Assembly: GCA_002293685.1 (NCBI GenBank)
Contig: DBDS01000004.1
Location: forward strand, 100,479 to 155,567
Direction: 5' to 3'
Length of the DNA: 55,089 nt
DNA from: Patescibacteria group bacterium UBA926
GTDB taxonomy: Bacteria; Patescibacteriota; Doudnabacteria; UBA920
The notes under the pieces were generated by a model, which was given only the letters and a program-made list of their open reading frames with translations, had not been told where the DNA came from and did not search any database. Shown in pieces: positions 30,952 through 40,333 of this stretch. Every line of letters begins with the position of its first letter. Within the stretch, counting starts at the first letter, position 1. Both the position numbers and the translations under genes were made by a program.

Positions 30952-31968
30952 ATGAAAAGATTTAGCGCCCTTGTTTTGTTACTGGCGATCGTCATTACGT
31001 CATTGCCAGTAGTTTCTTCCGCGCAAACGCGGAATCGGAATCGACCTGATCCTCGCGGGTTAGACCGTTACACACTTACGGGTGAAACCGCGTCGTTGTC
31101 GATTTTTTCGCTTCCGGCATGGAATGGAGATCCTGAGTTTTTCGATGGATGGGGTCGTAAGACCGCTTCCGAATTAGGACTTGCCGGTGCCGAATTCTGG
31201 AATGAATTCGGCCGGACGGCGCGAAAAGGGATTTTGCATCCCGATGCAGTCATTCGGTTTCCGAATGGATTTCAGTGGGACGAGGCATACCTAGAGGGCT
31301 GCCTCAAAAATGGCAGGGTTTATTTCAATCGGATTAAGATTGTGAAGAAGCCTACTGCCCCGGTTCCACCAGTTATAAAGGAGCTCTGCGTTAATATTCC
31401 TTTAGCGATTACAGATGTTCCTTCGGACTGGACAATCACGACTCTGCCAGACGGTAGGAAGTCGTGTCACTATCCTGTTCCTGAACCTGTTCAGCTACCG
31501 GCTCCGCCACCAATCGTGGATACGAAATATGTGTGTGAGCCAGGGACGTTGGACCCGACCCCTCTTTATGAGACGTCGAACGGCAAGCTTGGAAAAGCTT
31601 TTAGGGTAAGCGAGGTTATCTCGCATCTACCCCAAGCTATCCAGGTTCAGGTAAATGGACGCATTCCTGAAAAGGTCAATGCGCTTATCATTTATCGGGA
31701 GGCTTGCCCAGCGGATGAGAACAACATCCTCATCAAAGTTCACTACTTTACTAAAGCCGGCGGATGGTCGTGGGTTTCGTTTTTCGTCGGTGTAGGTGTT
31801 GGTTTCGTACTCGGTTACATTGTCAGGGGAAGCCCTGACAGACCGGTATTTAATCCGACAAATCCCACCCCTGCAAAGAGTGGAAGTTCTACTCGCCCCA
31901 CAGGCGCAGGGACAGGAAGCGGTTCGACAGCAGGCGGCACAATAGTGACTCGCCCTCGTCGGCCATAA
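30952..31968 (+). CDS. Secreted Pro/Cys-rich protein with C-terminal TM
   Basis: AGGAGG SD, signal peptide, hydrophobic WSWVSFFVGVGVGFVLGYIV, low-complexity tail. Confidence 0.7.
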   Translation: MKRFSALVLLLAIVITSLPVVSSAQTRNRNRPDPRGLDRYTLTGETASLSIFSLPAWNGDPEFFDGWGRKTASELGLAGAEFWNEFGRTARKGILHPDAVIRFPNGFQWDEAYLEGCLKNGRVYFNRIKIVKKPTAPVPPVIKELCVNIPLAITDVPSDWTITTLPDGRKSCHYPVPEPVQLPAPPPIVDTKYVCEPGTLDPTPLYETSNGKLGKAFRVSEVISHLPQAIQVQVNGRIPEKVNALIIYREACPADENNILIKVHYFTKAGGWSWVSFFVGVGVGFVLGYIVRGSPDRPVFNPTNPTPAKSGSSTRPTGAGTGSGSTAGGTIVTRPRRP

Positions 31969-32073
31969 CAATAACTTTTAGGACTACGCGGTTTCAGATT
32001 TCTGACACCGCGTTTTTATTTATCCAATTATCACACTTTATTATGATATAATGAAGAAAATTAACGAAATTCC

Positions 32074-32799
32074 ATGAAAAAGCTATCAGTTGTGATTCCG
32101 GCGTATAACGAAGAAAAGCGTATCGCCGAAACTCTAAAAAACCTTGATGGTTACCTAGAGAAACAAAATTATGAGTACGAAATAGTTGTAGTTGTTAATA
32201 ACACCAAAGATCGCACATACGAAATCGTTCAGGAGTTAGAAAAAACCACTGTTCAAAATGCAAAAGCGATGAACTTAAAAGAAGGTGGTAAGGGTAACGC
32301 CGTGAAGCGTGGAATTTTAGAATCTGCTTCAGGTGATATTATCATGTTTATGGACGCAGATAACGCCACTCCAATTTCTGAAATCGAAAAGTTTTTACCT
32401 TTCTTCGATCAAGGTTACGATGTTGTAATCGGCTCTCGTTACACCAATCCAGATTTAGTTAAAGTGAAACAACCATTTTATAGAATTTTGTTGTCTCGCT
32501 TGAGTAATATGTTAATTCAGGTAATGGCTGTTCCGGGAATCAAAGACACACAACTTGGATTTAAAGCGTTTACAAATACGGCAGCGAAAGATATTTTTCC
32601 TTTAGTTACGGTTTTACGCTGGGGATTCGATATGGAAGTACTAACCATTGCTTTAAAGCGCGGGTACAAAATAAAAGAAGTCGGCGTTTCTTGGACCGAA
32701 CACGGTGGCGGTCACGTTCCAATGATTGCTTACGTCGAATCACTTATAGATTTGTTCAAAATTAAATTGCGTTCTCTTTCGGGAAAATACAATAAATAG
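32074..32799 (+). CDS. Dolichyl-phosphate glucosyltransferase-like GT2
   Basis: VVIPAYNEE.RI, GKG.AV, DAD, IGSR, DTQ.GFK, FDME. Confidence 0.9.
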   Translation: MKKLSVVIPAYNEEKRIAETLKNLDGYLEKQNYEYEIVVVVNNTKDRTYEIVQELEKTTVQNAKAMNLKEGGKGNAVKRGILESASGDIIMFMDADNATPISEIEKFLPFFDQGYDVVIGSRYTNPDLVKVKQPFYRILLSRLSNMLIQVMAVPGIKDTQLGFKAFTNTAAKDIFPLVTVLRWGFDMEVLTIALKRGYKIKEVGVSWTEHGGGHVPMIAYVESLIDLFKIKLRSLSGKYNK

Positions 32800-32814
32800 A
32801 TTCCCTGAAACCCC

Positions 32815-32890
32815 TGTCATCCTGAGGTCGGAGACCGAAGGATCTCATGAGGGATTCTTCGTCCCGCCGTTGGCGAGACTCAGAATGACA
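32815..32890. repeat. GTCAT-family REP inverted doublet
   Basis: TGTCATCCTGAG..GAAGGATCT..GATTCTTCG..CTCAGAATGACA. Confidence 0.85.
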
Positions 32891-32912
32891 AGAATAATAC
32901 TTGTACTAACCG

Positions 32913-34763
32913 ATGTTTAAAAATTATTTCAAACTAATACCATTTTTGATACTGCCGCTTATCACGGCAGTTTTGGTCTTCTCTGCTGAACCTGCGATTG
33001 CGCAAACTAATGAAAGTAAATCTTACATTGTTCAGTTAAATACTTCAGATGCAGGACTTCTTAATAGTATTGGTGAAAACATTCAACTAGAATTCAATTT
33101 CGCTCTAAACCAAAAGTTTGAAAACATTTTTACATTTCAATCCGAACTTTCATTATCCCAAATACAAACTTTTTTGGAAGGTGAGCTTAAATATATAGAA
33201 GAAGATAAAGAAGTTTCTGTTCGGCAGAATGCAATTACACGTTTACCAAATGATCCAGGTGTAACCACAAACGGAGCTAACATCGACAAGCAATGGGGTT
33301 TAGTTAAGGCTGGGTTCACTCGCGCATGGCGCACCACTACCGGAAGTGAAGATGTGGTCGTTGCAGTGATTGATACTGGTATTGATGCAACTCATGAAGA
33401 TTTTCGCAACACCAAATTTGTTGGCGGCTATGACGTCACTACCGATAGCCCTTTACGCTCTAAGGCAAATAGCGATGATAACGGTCATGGAACTTTGGTG
33501 GCCGGAGTTATTGCCGCAACTGGAAATAATGGCATAGGTATTGCTGGTGCAAGTTTTAACACCTCATTAATGGCTGTCAAAGCCCTCAACGCCCGAGGCA
33601 GTGGGACTAGCAGTCGAATTTCTCAAGCGATTGTTTGGGCAACAGATAATGGTGCGGATGTAATTAATTTATCACTGGGTGGAATTGGTTTTGCACACGA
33701 CACAACCTTAGCTAACGCAATCACTTACGCATTTGAAAGAAATGTAGTTATTGTTTCAGCAGCGGGAAATGATGTTGCAATCACTGGTGGCAATTTAGAT
33801 ATTGAGCCGGTATTCCCAATCTGTAACGATAATGGCTTAAATATGGTTATCGGTGTCACAGCAAGTGATGTTAATGATCTCAAACCAAGTTTTGCAAACT
33901 TTGGAAAATCTTGTGTTGATGTTACAGCACCAGGTCGTAGAATTTTGTCTACCATCAACCATGACCCAGCAACAGGAAGTTATTCACCCGATTCTTATGC
34001 CTATGCCTCAGGAACTTCACTGGCTACGCCGCATGTAAGCGCTCAGGCCGCATTATTAAAAGCGCTGTATCCTTTTGCATCCAATAGACAAATCCGCGAC
34101 AGAATTATTTCAACTGCGGACCAGATAGATCGCTTAAACTTAATTCAATGCACAGGTGGATCCTGTACTGGATTATTGGGTAGCGGTCGAATTAACGTCC
34201 CAGCTAGCTTAGAACAAAAAATTCCTCAACTTGGCGACGGTGATATTGTTCAGCTTATCAACACAACCGAAATTTATTTAATCAATGGTGGTAGACGCCA
34301 AAGAATTTCTCCGTTCGTTCGCAGTCAACGTTATTTTGATCGAACACCGAGTCTTGTTTACTTCTCCGAAATTCAAAATTTCCCAGAAGGCTCGTTCGCA
34401 CCACCACTTGATGGTACTTTAGTAAAATCTCAAGACAGCGCAACTGTGTTTTACATTTCTGGTGGTATTAGATTACCAATCACAGCTCCAGTTTTCGAAA
34501 TGCGCAATTTTAGCACAAGAGATATTGTCACACTTTCAAATTCAGAAGTAAATTCGTGGGTAGTAGGTAGTTTCTTAACCCCACCCGAGGGAGCTTTGGT
34601 GCGTACCCCCCAAAACCAAACTGTATATTGGGTTGTGAACGGAATGCTTCATCCAATAAACTTTGAGTTTTATAATCAAAGAGGATTGAATATCTTCCCA
34701 GTAATCTATATGCCAGAGCGAGATATTGATGGATTCCCTAAAGGCGAATCGTATGTTTTATAG
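32913..34763 (+). CDS. Secreted subtilisin-family (S8) serine protease with C-terminal repeats
   Basis: VIDTG, HGT.VAG, AAGN, GTS.A.P.V. Confidence 0.93.
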   Translation: MFKNYFKLIPFLILPLITAVLVFSAEPAIAQTNESKSYIVQLNTSDAGLLNSIGENIQLEFNFALNQKFENIFTFQSELSLSQIQTFLEGELKYIEEDKEVSVRQNAITRLPNDPGVTTNGANIDKQWGLVKAGFTRAWRTTTGSEDVVVAVIDTGIDATHEDFRNTKFVGGYDVTTDSPLRSKANSDDNGHGTLVAGVIAATGNNGIGIAGASFNTSLMAVKALNARGSGTSSRISQAIVWATDNGADVINLSLGGIGFAHDTTLANAITYAFERNVVIVSAAGNDVAITGGNLDIEPVFPICNDNGLNMVIGVTASDVNDLKPSFANFGKSCVDVTAPGRRILSTINHDPATGSYSPDSYAYASGTSLATPHVSAQAALLKALYPFASNRQIRDRIISTADQIDRLNLIQCTGGSCTGLLGSGRINVPASLEQKIPQLGDGDIVQLINTTEIYLINGGRRQRISPFVRSQRYFDRTPSLVYFSEIQNFPEGSFAPPLDGTLVKSQDSATVFYISGGIRLPITAPVFEMRNFSTRDIVTLSNSEVNSWVVGSFLTPPEGALVRTPQNQTVYWVVNGMLHPINFEFYNQRGLNIFPVIYMPERDIDGFPKGESYVL

Positions 34764-34912
34764 TGACTTGTTTGTGTTTTATTACGTTGGTTAATTGAAC
34801 CCTAAATCAAGCAAGAAAAAATAAACTTTCGCATAGCTTGAAATAATATCGAAAATAACGCGTCTAAATATTTAGTCTTTTACAGAAATTAATGTGATAT
34901 AATTTATAAACT

Positions 34913-36805
34913 ATGATTACAAATAAACTCAAACTTATTGCTTTAGTAACGGTCTTGGTGACACCGTTATTATTACCAAACTCAGCTTTAGCTGCGTTAC
35001 CTGTAAGTCGCGATTTTAATCCAAACAATCTTATTTCGGATAGCGATTTCCGGAACTCTCGTTCCATGAATGGAGCTGCAGCTATTCAGAAGTTTTTGCA
35101 AGATAAAAATAGTATCCTTGCGAACACAAATAGTTCTTTTACTTCACTATTGAAAGAACCTGTTGGTAACTCTTCTTTAAAAACCACTCTTGAGGATCCA
35201 TCTACAAACAATACAACTCCTCGTTCTGCAGCAGAATTGATTTGGGATGCTAGTGCGCATAGTGGAATTAACCCGCAAGTTATTCTAGTCAAGCTTCACA
35301 AAGAACAAAGTTTAATCGGTGGTCATCATGGCTCAGCACCAGATAGATTGCAACGTGCATTAGATTTCTCGATGGGATTCGGTTGTCCTGACACTGCACC
35401 TTGTGGAGAATTGTACCGTGGCTTTTATTATCAATTATTCGGAAATGTTGACGCTGAGAACAACCGTTATTTGGGTGCAGCAAAATCTTTGATGCGTTCA
35501 CTTGAAACTCCAGGTGGTCGCGGCCCATTTTATAATGGGAAAGTGTCAAAAGTTGGTGATGTAATTGTTTTATCAAACACCCTTGGAGGTTATGAAGGAG
35601 TTCAATCTCAACAAACTATTACATTAGCAAACTCCGCAACAGCCGCTTTATATCGATACACTCCTCACGTGTTCAACGGAAACTATAATTTTTGGCGTTA
35701 CATGAATGAGTGGTTTGGTAGTGGCCGCACCACAGTAGACACCGGTCCACAAGTATTCGATAACGGAAGCATTGTAGAATACAATCGTGAGTATTTCATG
35801 ATACAGGATGGGAAGCGATTGGCAATTTCGGATTTCGTTATGAAAGCCCGAAACATCAATCCAAAATTCAGCAGTGCCGGTACTTTAAGCCGACGTGATG
35901 CAAGTTCTTATCCAGAAGAAGGCCGTCTTGGGTTAATGGACAACACTGTTGTGAAAACCGAGCAAGGTTATTACGTATTTGTTGGAAATAAAATCTTTGC
36001 AGCAACCGAAGCTTTATTAGCACAACGTGGCTTATCTGTATTCACAGCACTTACTGCAAAGCAAAGTGATATCCAGGACTTTGAAGACGGGGGATTATTG
36101 CCACCACAAGAAGGTTCTGTTCTTCGTGGTGTAAATGGTCCTGCTGTTTACGTGGTAGAAAATGCACAGCTTAGATTAGTTTCCGCGTTAGTGTTCGCAC
36201 AACGCAATCTTGCCGGAAAAGTTCAGATTATTCCTGATGCAGAATTAGATAAGTATCCAAAAGGTGGTTTTGTACCGCCGCTTGATGGCACAATGGTAAA
36301 GTCTCCAAGCGATCCAACCGTTTCTCTAATCGCAGATAGAATCAAACGACCAATTCCGAGTGTGTTAGTGTTTAAAACTTACGGAAAGACTTTTGCTGAC
36401 ATCCAAACAATTAGTGATGATGAATTAACCGCAATTCCGACTGGCGCTTTAGCAGAAGCTAGGGATAATACTTATTATCGAGTATCTGATAATAACGAGT
36501 TGTATGTTTTCCGAAACGGTTCACGTCACTTTATTTCAGCTTTTGTTGCGCGTCAGCGAGGTATCACTCCCGATGTAACTTTCACAGCAGCAGAAGTTTC
36601 CAGTTGGCCAGAAGGCGAGCCAATTTTACCTAAAGATGGAACGCTTATCAAAGCAAACAACAGTCCTGCGGTATACATTGTCGAAGGTGGTCAGTTTAAA
36701 GCGTTGTCTGGTGAATCTTTCAAATCAAGAGGCTTGAGTTTCTCTAACGTCAATTCAGTTCCTGCTGCAGAGATGGATAAGTATATCGCAGCTCAAGCAA
36801 GTTAA
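34913..36805 (+). CDS. Secreted protein with a putative lysozyme-like N-terminal domain and ~60-aa C-terminal repeats
   Basis: Signal peptide; FNPNNLISD, INPQVILVKLHKEQSL, ATAALYRYTPH; repeats like those of the upstream S8 protease. Confidence 0.75.
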   Translation: MITNKLKLIALVTVLVTPLLLPNSALAALPVSRDFNPNNLISDSDFRNSRSMNGAAAIQKFLQDKNSILANTNSSFTSLLKEPVGNSSLKTTLEDPSTNNTTPRSAAELIWDASAHSGINPQVILVKLHKEQSLIGGHHGSAPDRLQRALDFSMGFGCPDTAPCGELYRGFYYQLFGNVDAENNRYLGAAKSLMRSLETPGGRGPFYNGKVSKVGDVIVLSNTLGGYEGVQSQQTITLANSATAALYRYTPHVFNGNYNFWRYMNEWFGSGRTTVDTGPQVFDNGSIVEYNREYFMIQDGKRLAISDFVMKARNINPKFSSAGTLSRRDASSYPEEGRLGLMDNTVVKTEQGYYVFVGNKIFAATEALLAQRGLSVFTALTAKQSDIQDFEDGGLLPPQEGSVLRGVNGPAVYVVENAQLRLVSALVFAQRNLAGKVQIIPDAELDKYPKGGFVPPLDGTMVKSPSDPTVSLIADRIKRPIPSVLVFKTYGKTFADIQTISDDELTAIPTGALAEARDNTYYRVSDNNELYVFRNGSRHFISAFVARQRGITPDVTFTAAEVSSWPEGEPILPKDGTLIKANNSPAVYIVEGGQFKALSGESFKSRGLSFSNVNSVPAAEMDKYIAAQAS

Positions 36806-36825
36806 AAGAGAATTTAATAAAAAAC

Positions 36826-36851
36826 AACCGAGCGAAATATTTCGCTCGGTT
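36826..36851. terminator. Perfect 26-bp palindrome, probable bidirectional terminator
   Basis: AACCGAGCGAAAT|ATTTCGCTCGGTT flanked by A and T runs. Confidence 0.7.
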
Positions 36852-36873
36852 TTATTTTTACCTAACGTTGTCG

Positions 36874-37086
36874 TTAAGTGATGGCGTTGATGTATCCCCT
36901 ATGGGATCGGCCGATTTTGTTAACCCGTGGTTTCGTTTTGGAAATCTGCCTGACCGCAATTTCCTTTTCCGCCGTTTCGACCTCTGACTGGCATCGGCCG
37001 CAAATTTCGAGATGTTTCTCTCCTTTTGCCCAAAGCATTTTGCCTTCCGCTTTGTATCTGATTTGCTCAGGTTTTAAACAAGCCAT
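36874..37086 (-). CDS. Small protein with HxxxCxxC (zf-HC2-like) motif
   Basis: GGGAGG SD; C...HLEICGRC. Confidence 0.6.
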   Translation of the reverse strand: MACLKPEQIRYKAEGKMLWAKGEKHLEICGRCQSEVETAEKEIAVRQISKTKPRVNKIGRSHRGYINAIT

Positions 37087-37149
37087 ATTTATATCCTCCC
37101 TTTTGGTTATTTAATAGAACTGTTTACTTTATCAAATTATACCACGCAG

Positions 37150-37194
37150 GTCAACCCTGTTAAACTCGCTTTCGCGAAATGTTTAACAGGGCAA
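37150..37194. repeat. Second CCCTGTTAAAC...GTTTAACAGGG element
   Basis: Same arms as 8240-8283, adjacent to GTCAA (TTGAC on the minus strand). Confidence 0.8.
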
Positions 37195-37215
37195 AGATTT
37201 GCTATAATACAGCAA

Positions 37216-38673
37216 ATGGCAACGCCTTCTAAAAACATACTATGGCTTTCGGTCTCAAGGGTTTTCTCTTTGGGTCTTTTATTTTTGGCATACACTCAGC
37301 TGTTCCGTTACTTGGGACCAGAGCAAAGCGGGCAATTTCAGTTTGTGCTTTCGTATGTCACACTTTTCGGTGTTGTAATTGACTTCGGAATCCAGCAGTA
37401 CATCATCAAGAAAATTAGTGAAGACCGTTCAAAAGCCAAGCAATATTTCCATAGTTTCCTAGCTGTCGAAGTTGTGTTGGCGATTTTAGTTTATGGTGCG
37501 ATGGTAGGAGTGGCGTTTTGGAACGGCTACGAACCTATAGTCTTAAAAGCAATCATGGTCGCTGGGTTGGGTGTTGCATTGCACGGATTAATTTATCCGT
37601 TCTTAGCAGTTATTACCGCGTTTTATGATCTCAAGAAAGCCGCTCTGCTAAATTTCATCAGTTCGGTAATCAACGTAGGAATTATTTTCCTTACCATTTG
37701 GTTGAATGGAAGTATTGTAATGTTGGTGACCCAGCAAGTAGTGTATGCATTACTGGCACTGGTCATGTATTATCATTACGTCCAAGCACACATTGGCAAA
37801 CCAGAAATTCTGAAAGGAATTGCCACTCTTCGGCCAGGTCTTATAAAACAGATTTTAAAAGCCTCGCTGCCGTTTGCTTTGCTTGTAGGTTTCAGTACGA
37901 TTTACAATCGCATCGACATTATTATTATTTCGCAGATGCTTGGTTACACTCAAACCGGACTTTATACCGCGGCGTATAAGTTTTTTGATTTGCTTGGCTT
38001 TTTCCCGGCGGTGGTTTCCCATGCGTTGTATCCAGTGTTTGCAACTTTGATGGCGACGAATCAAATCAGCGCGGTGCGCGAAACTTTGGAAAGATATTTG
38101 CGATTCATGGCTGCAGTTGCCTTACCAATGGCAACTGGTGGAATGCTTTTGTCTGAGCCAATCATCCGAGTGCTAGCCGGCGAGCAGTTTATTGAAGCTG
38201 CAAACGTATTAGCAGTTTTGATTTGGGCCCCAGCGATATTGTTCTTGTATGTTGTTGTTAACGCTTTAGTGATTTCACAGTTAACTCGTTACGCAACTTA
38301 CATCACCGGCTTTAATGTTTTGGTGAACATTGTCGGTAATATTTTGTTATTACCACGATATGGAATCGTTGCGGCAGCTGCGACCACAATCTTTTCCGAA
38401 ACACTTCAGGGCGGATATTATTTCTATTTAGTAAAGAAGAAAATCACGCAGTTCACTTTTTTCAGAAATATTTGGCAACCATTTGTCGCCGCAGGGTTGA
38501 TGGGTATTGCTGTGTTTTTCTTACGCGATCAATTTTTACTAATTCCAATGGTAGTTGGTGCTGCGGTTTACGGAATTTTATTGCTAAGTTTTGGATTCTT
38601 CAGAAAAGAGGATTGGCAGTATTTAACAAAATTACTTCGCAGAGGATATGAACCAGACAAAACCGAAAACTAA
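37216..38673 (+). CDS. Wzx-type polysaccharide flippase
   Basis: R.LG....G, DFGI, RIDII, GLY.AA; 12-14 TMs. Confidence 0.9.
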   Translation: MATPSKNILWLSVSRVFSLGLLFLAYTQLFRYLGPEQSGQFQFVLSYVTLFGVVIDFGIQQYIIKKISEDRSKAKQYFHSFLAVEVVLAILVYGAMVGVAFWNGYEPIVLKAIMVAGLGVALHGLIYPFLAVITAFYDLKKAALLNFISSVINVGIIFLTIWLNGSIVMLVTQQVVYALLALVMYYHYVQAHIGKPEILKGIATLRPGLIKQILKASLPFALLVGFSTIYNRIDIIIISQMLGYTQTGLYTAAYKFFDLLGFFPAVVSHALYPVFATLMATNQISAVRETLERYLRFMAAVALPMATGGMLLSEPIIRVLAGEQFIEAANVLAVLIWAPAILFLYVVVNALVISQLTRYATYITGFNVLVNIVGNILLLPRYGIVAAAATTIFSETLQGGYYFYLVKKKITQFTFFRNIWQPFVAAGLMGIAVFFLRDQFLLIPMVVGAAVYGILLLSFGFFRKEDWQYLTKLLRRGYEPDKTEN

Positions 38674-39106
38674 AAAAGCATCAATCACTAAAGCTCCTCA
38701 AACTAAAATCATGGTATTTGGAACTTTCGATATGATTCACGAAGGTCACCGCAATCTTTTTGCGCAAGCACGCGCGCTCGCGAAGAATCCAAAGTTGATT
38801 GTATCTTTAGCCCGCACAAAAAATGTGACAAGAATTAAAGGCCGTGCCCCGCGCAGCACCGAAGCTGCTCGTCTAGCGCGAGTTAAAGCTCTTCCCGAAG
38901 TGGACCGTGCTATATTAGGCGCCGTGAGAAACTACTTCACTCCCATTTTACGAATTCAACCAGACATTATCGCGCTTGGTTATGATCAAAAAGCTTACGT
39001 TAAAACTCTCCGCGCCGACTTAAAAAAAGCTGGCTTAACAACCAAAGTCGTTCGCCTCAAGCCTTTCCAGCCAGAGAAGTACAAAACCAGTCTGTTGAGG
39101 AAATAG
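38648..39106 (+). CDS. Cytidylyltransferase-family protein (RibL-like FAD synthase)
   Basis: FGTFDMIHEGH, PDIIALGYDQ. Confidence 0.8.
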   Translation: MNQTKPKTKKASITKAPQTKIMVFGTFDMIHEGHRNLFAQARALAKNPKLIVSLARTKNVTRIKGRAPRSTEAARLARVKALPEVDRAILGAVRNYFTPILRIQPDIIALGYDQKAYVKTLRADLKKAGLTTKVVRLKPFQPEKYKTSLLRK

Positions 39107-39152
39107 TTTCTCGTGCTATACTGTGGACGAATAAACAAGGAGGTAGATAAAT

Positions 39153-39557
39153 ATGAATGGTATGACCCAGTCTACAGGCTTTTTGAATGCCCAATTAGTC
39201 ATTGCGTTGGTGGTCTTGAAAGGATGTCAGCAGTTCGATGATGGCGAGACGGTGTCGCTCGCGGACCTGGCAGGTCACGTAAAGACTCTCAAAGAAAATG
39301 GCTTTGAGGTTGATAAAGTACCTCTCTCGCACCAAAGCGGCCGACCTTATTCTCAAGACATAGATAAATTTTTAAGCGAATCTGAAGTTTATGGTGACCT
39401 GTTGTATTACAAACAACAGACCATCGGCTTTAAACCACGCTTGAAGAAAATCTGTCTGAATGGCATCAAAGGTCAAGCCGAAAGAAACCCTGAGCTGTGG
39501 CCGATCATCGAGAATGCTCACCGCACTCTTGATATCCGATATCAAACTTTCTATTAA
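39153..39557 (+). CDS. Hypothetical protein
   Basis: AAGGAGG SD, TGCTATACT promoter, downstream terminator at ~39578-39607. Confidence 0.65.
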   Translation: MNGMTQSTGFLNAQLVIALVVLKGCQQFDDGETVSLADLAGHVKTLKENGFEVDKVPLSHQSGRPYSQDIDKFLSESEVYGDLLYYKQQTIGFKPRLKKICLNGIKGQAERNPELWPIIENAHRTLDIRYQTFY

Positions 39558-39606
39558 GGTTTCGACCTTGAAGTTTCGCCCCGACAGATTTTCTGTCGGG
39601 CATTTT

Positions 39607-39632
39607 TGTTACTTCTCAAAAACCTCAGCGTA
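39607..39632 (+). promoter_or_regulatory. Putative ECF-sigma autoregulatory promoter
   Basis: TGTTAC-16 bp-CGTA upstream of the ECF sigma gene. Confidence 0.5.
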
Positions 39633-39708
39633 AGGCATTACGAAAACTAACTGCCGGCGGTTAGGACGATTCAACCCCTTAAAATATGGTACAATTAATG
39701 CTGAATTA

Positions 39709-40329
39709 ATGTTATTAGACGCAGTGACGTATAACAGTTCCATAAAAACTAGTGAGGCTCCAAGTGTTTCCGAACTCAAAGAGAGGGAGGCGCTTCGGGC
39801 TCTACAAAATGGTGATACCGAAAAATTCGTAATTCTTTACGATCTCTACATGGAGAAAATTTATCGCTACTTGTTTTTCCGCTTGCATCATAAAGAGTTG
39901 GCCGAAGATTTAACTAGTCAAACTTTTTTGCAAGCTTACAGCAAGATTCACCAGTACGATTCTACAAAAGGCGCATTCGGCGCTTGGCTTTACCGTGTAG
40001 CGAGAAATCTAATGATAGATGAAATTCGCCGCAAGAAGCCAACCGATAACATTGACCAGCACTTTGATTTAAAAGATGACACAAATATCGAAACAGAAAC
40101 CGACCGCACGCTCAATAGTGAAGCGGTTCAGAAACTTATGGAAACGCTCCCACTAGACGCTCGTGAGTTACTTACCTTACGGCTCTGGGATGAGCTTTCT
40201 TACGCTGAAATTGCAGCCGTTACCGGTAAAAACGAAGGTGCGTTAAAAATGCAGTTCTCTCGTTTGGTGAAGAAGCTGCAAGAAACAGCGCCAGCAATTT
40301 TATTAGCCTTGTTGATTATTAATATCTAA
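39709..40329 (+). CDS. ECF RNA polymerase sigma factor
   Basis: AEDLTSQTF, WLYRVARN..ID, LSYAEIA. Confidence 0.93.
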   Translation: MLLDAVTYNSSIKTSEAPSVSELKEREALRALQNGDTEKFVILYDLYMEKIYRYLFFRLHHKELAEDLTSQTFLQAYSKIHQYDSTKGAFGAWLYRVARNLMIDEIRRKKPTDNIDQHFDLKDDTNIETETDRTLNSEAVQKLMETLPLDARELLTLRLWDELSYAEIAAVTGKNEGALKMQFSRLVKKLQETAPAILLALLIINI

Positions 40330-40333
40330 ATCG

